From contig JBGVMW010000141.1 of NCBI GenBank assembly GCA_045125095.1, forward strand, positions 6,984 to 70,983: a stretch of DNA of 64,000 bases. Direction: 5' to 3'. The position numbers were made by a program, and so were the translations under genes. Below are positions 63,315-64,000 of the stretch, in pieces (position 1 is the stretch's first letter; every line of letters starts with the position of its first letter). Source of the stretch: Lachnospiraceae bacterium (GTDB taxonomy: Bacteria > Bacillota > Clostridia > Lachnospirales > Lachnospiraceae). The notes under the pieces were generated by a model. That model did not search any database. It saw nothing but the letters and a program-made list of their open reading frames with translations, and was not told the DNA's origin.

Positions 63315-64000
63315 ATGAATAAAGAAAAGAAAAAGACAATGGATGTTAGTCTATCTGGTCTCAAAATCAGAGATGTTGTCATATTAGGTATTGTGTTGGT
63401 GTGTCTGATTGTTCTGGTTGTGAAATATCAAGGTGGGCATGTTGGCACTGTGGTAGACAGCAAACAATTGAACCAGACACAGGATAAAATTGTATTATGT
63501 AAAAAGACGGTAGAATCAGCGTTTCAATCAAGAGCAGATTTGTTGGCATTGTCAGCCTCCCTTCTGCCGGATAAAGAAGTCATTTTAATAGAAGATAATT
63601 GTTCGGTTTTACAGAAAATTGTGTCAGACGTTAAATGGGAGGATGCTTTTGTGGTGGTGAGTTCCGGAAGTTACATTACTGCCAGTGGAAGATGTGATGC
63701 AATGAATATTGGTCCTTACTACAAGGCAGTCGCTTTCGAAGGGGAACAGATTATCACAGATTTTGTTGATTACAATATGGATGGAAAAAAAGAATTGGTA
63801 TTGATGGTACCGATTAAGAATGAAGAAACGGTGCAAGGTTTGCTTTGCGGCGTGATTGAACCTGCGTTTTTTGAGGAAGAGGTAAAGCATTTTGCAGAAG
63901 ATGGGATTTACTATTACATTGCGGATATTGATGGTCAGGTGTTTGGAGAATATTGCGTGAACCAGCATGAGGAGTCGAACAAGGTAGAAAATCTTTTTGA
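63315..64000 (+). CDS. Membrane-anchored sensor protein, N-terminal part (continues beyond the window)
   Basis: The RBS AAGGAGG precedes ATG 63315. MNKEKKKTMDVSLSGLKIRDVVILGIVLVCLIVLVV (TM) is followed by a Cache-like extracellular segment. The frame is open to the window end. Confidence 0.6.
   Translation, partial: MNKEKKKTMDVSLSGLKIRDVVILGIVLVCLIVLVVKYQGGHVGTVVDSKQLNQTQDKIVLCKKTVESAFQSRADLLALSASLLPDKEVILIEDNCSVLQKIVSDVKWEDAFVVVSSGSYITASGRCDAMNIGPYYKAVAFEGEQIITDFVDYNMDGKKELVLMVPIKNEETVQGLLCGVIEPAFFEEEVKHFAEDGIYYYIADIDGQVFGEYCVNQHEESNKVENLF

Noticed and set aside
63624-63968. 114-aa minus-strand ORF near the window end
   Set aside because: It is antisense to a better-supported plus-strand ORF (63315 onward) that has a strong RBS, a TM segment and sensor-like sequence.

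Overview
Chromosomal window from a low-GC, anaerobic, spore-forming Firmicute. Gene content looks Clostridia/Lachnospiraceae-like: alpha/beta SASP, BofA, MecA, class III RNR. Most of it is housekeeping: the pstA(end)-pstB-phoU-phoPR-like block, mecA, Fe-ADH, initiator tRNA-Met, cobB, rpsF-ssb-rpsR, nrdD, murG, pgi, aroK, murA, a SAM-I riboswitch with metK, nrdG and tadA. Five accessory or unusual parts stand out. (1) An 11-gene Tad/Flp-type pilus operon (18.6-28.2 kb) carries two prepilin peptidases and a TadE-like protein with tandem putative zinc modules, and ends in an FHA-domain gene. Elsewhere in the window (6.5-7.9 kb) a soluble Ser/Thr kinase has a C-terminal half that aligns by eye with the TadZ-like ATPase of that operon, but with a degenerate Walker A. 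(2) An agr-type quorum-sensing locus in the order agrA-agrC-agrD-agrB has a clear AgrD propeptide, candidate LytTR direct repeats, and two co-oriented cargo genes of unknown function. The first cargo gene has an in-frame TAA inside its signal peptide. (3) A class C-like group II intron sits directly after the pgi terminator. (4) Two tandem paralogous pairs of aconitase-family dehydratase subunits lie in small-large-small-large order. (5) At least four families of intergenic palindromic repeats occur. One is a ~248-bp hairpin element present twice, and one of its copies has an 11-bp flanking direct duplication. All protein family names come from motif recognition by eye. No database search was possible.
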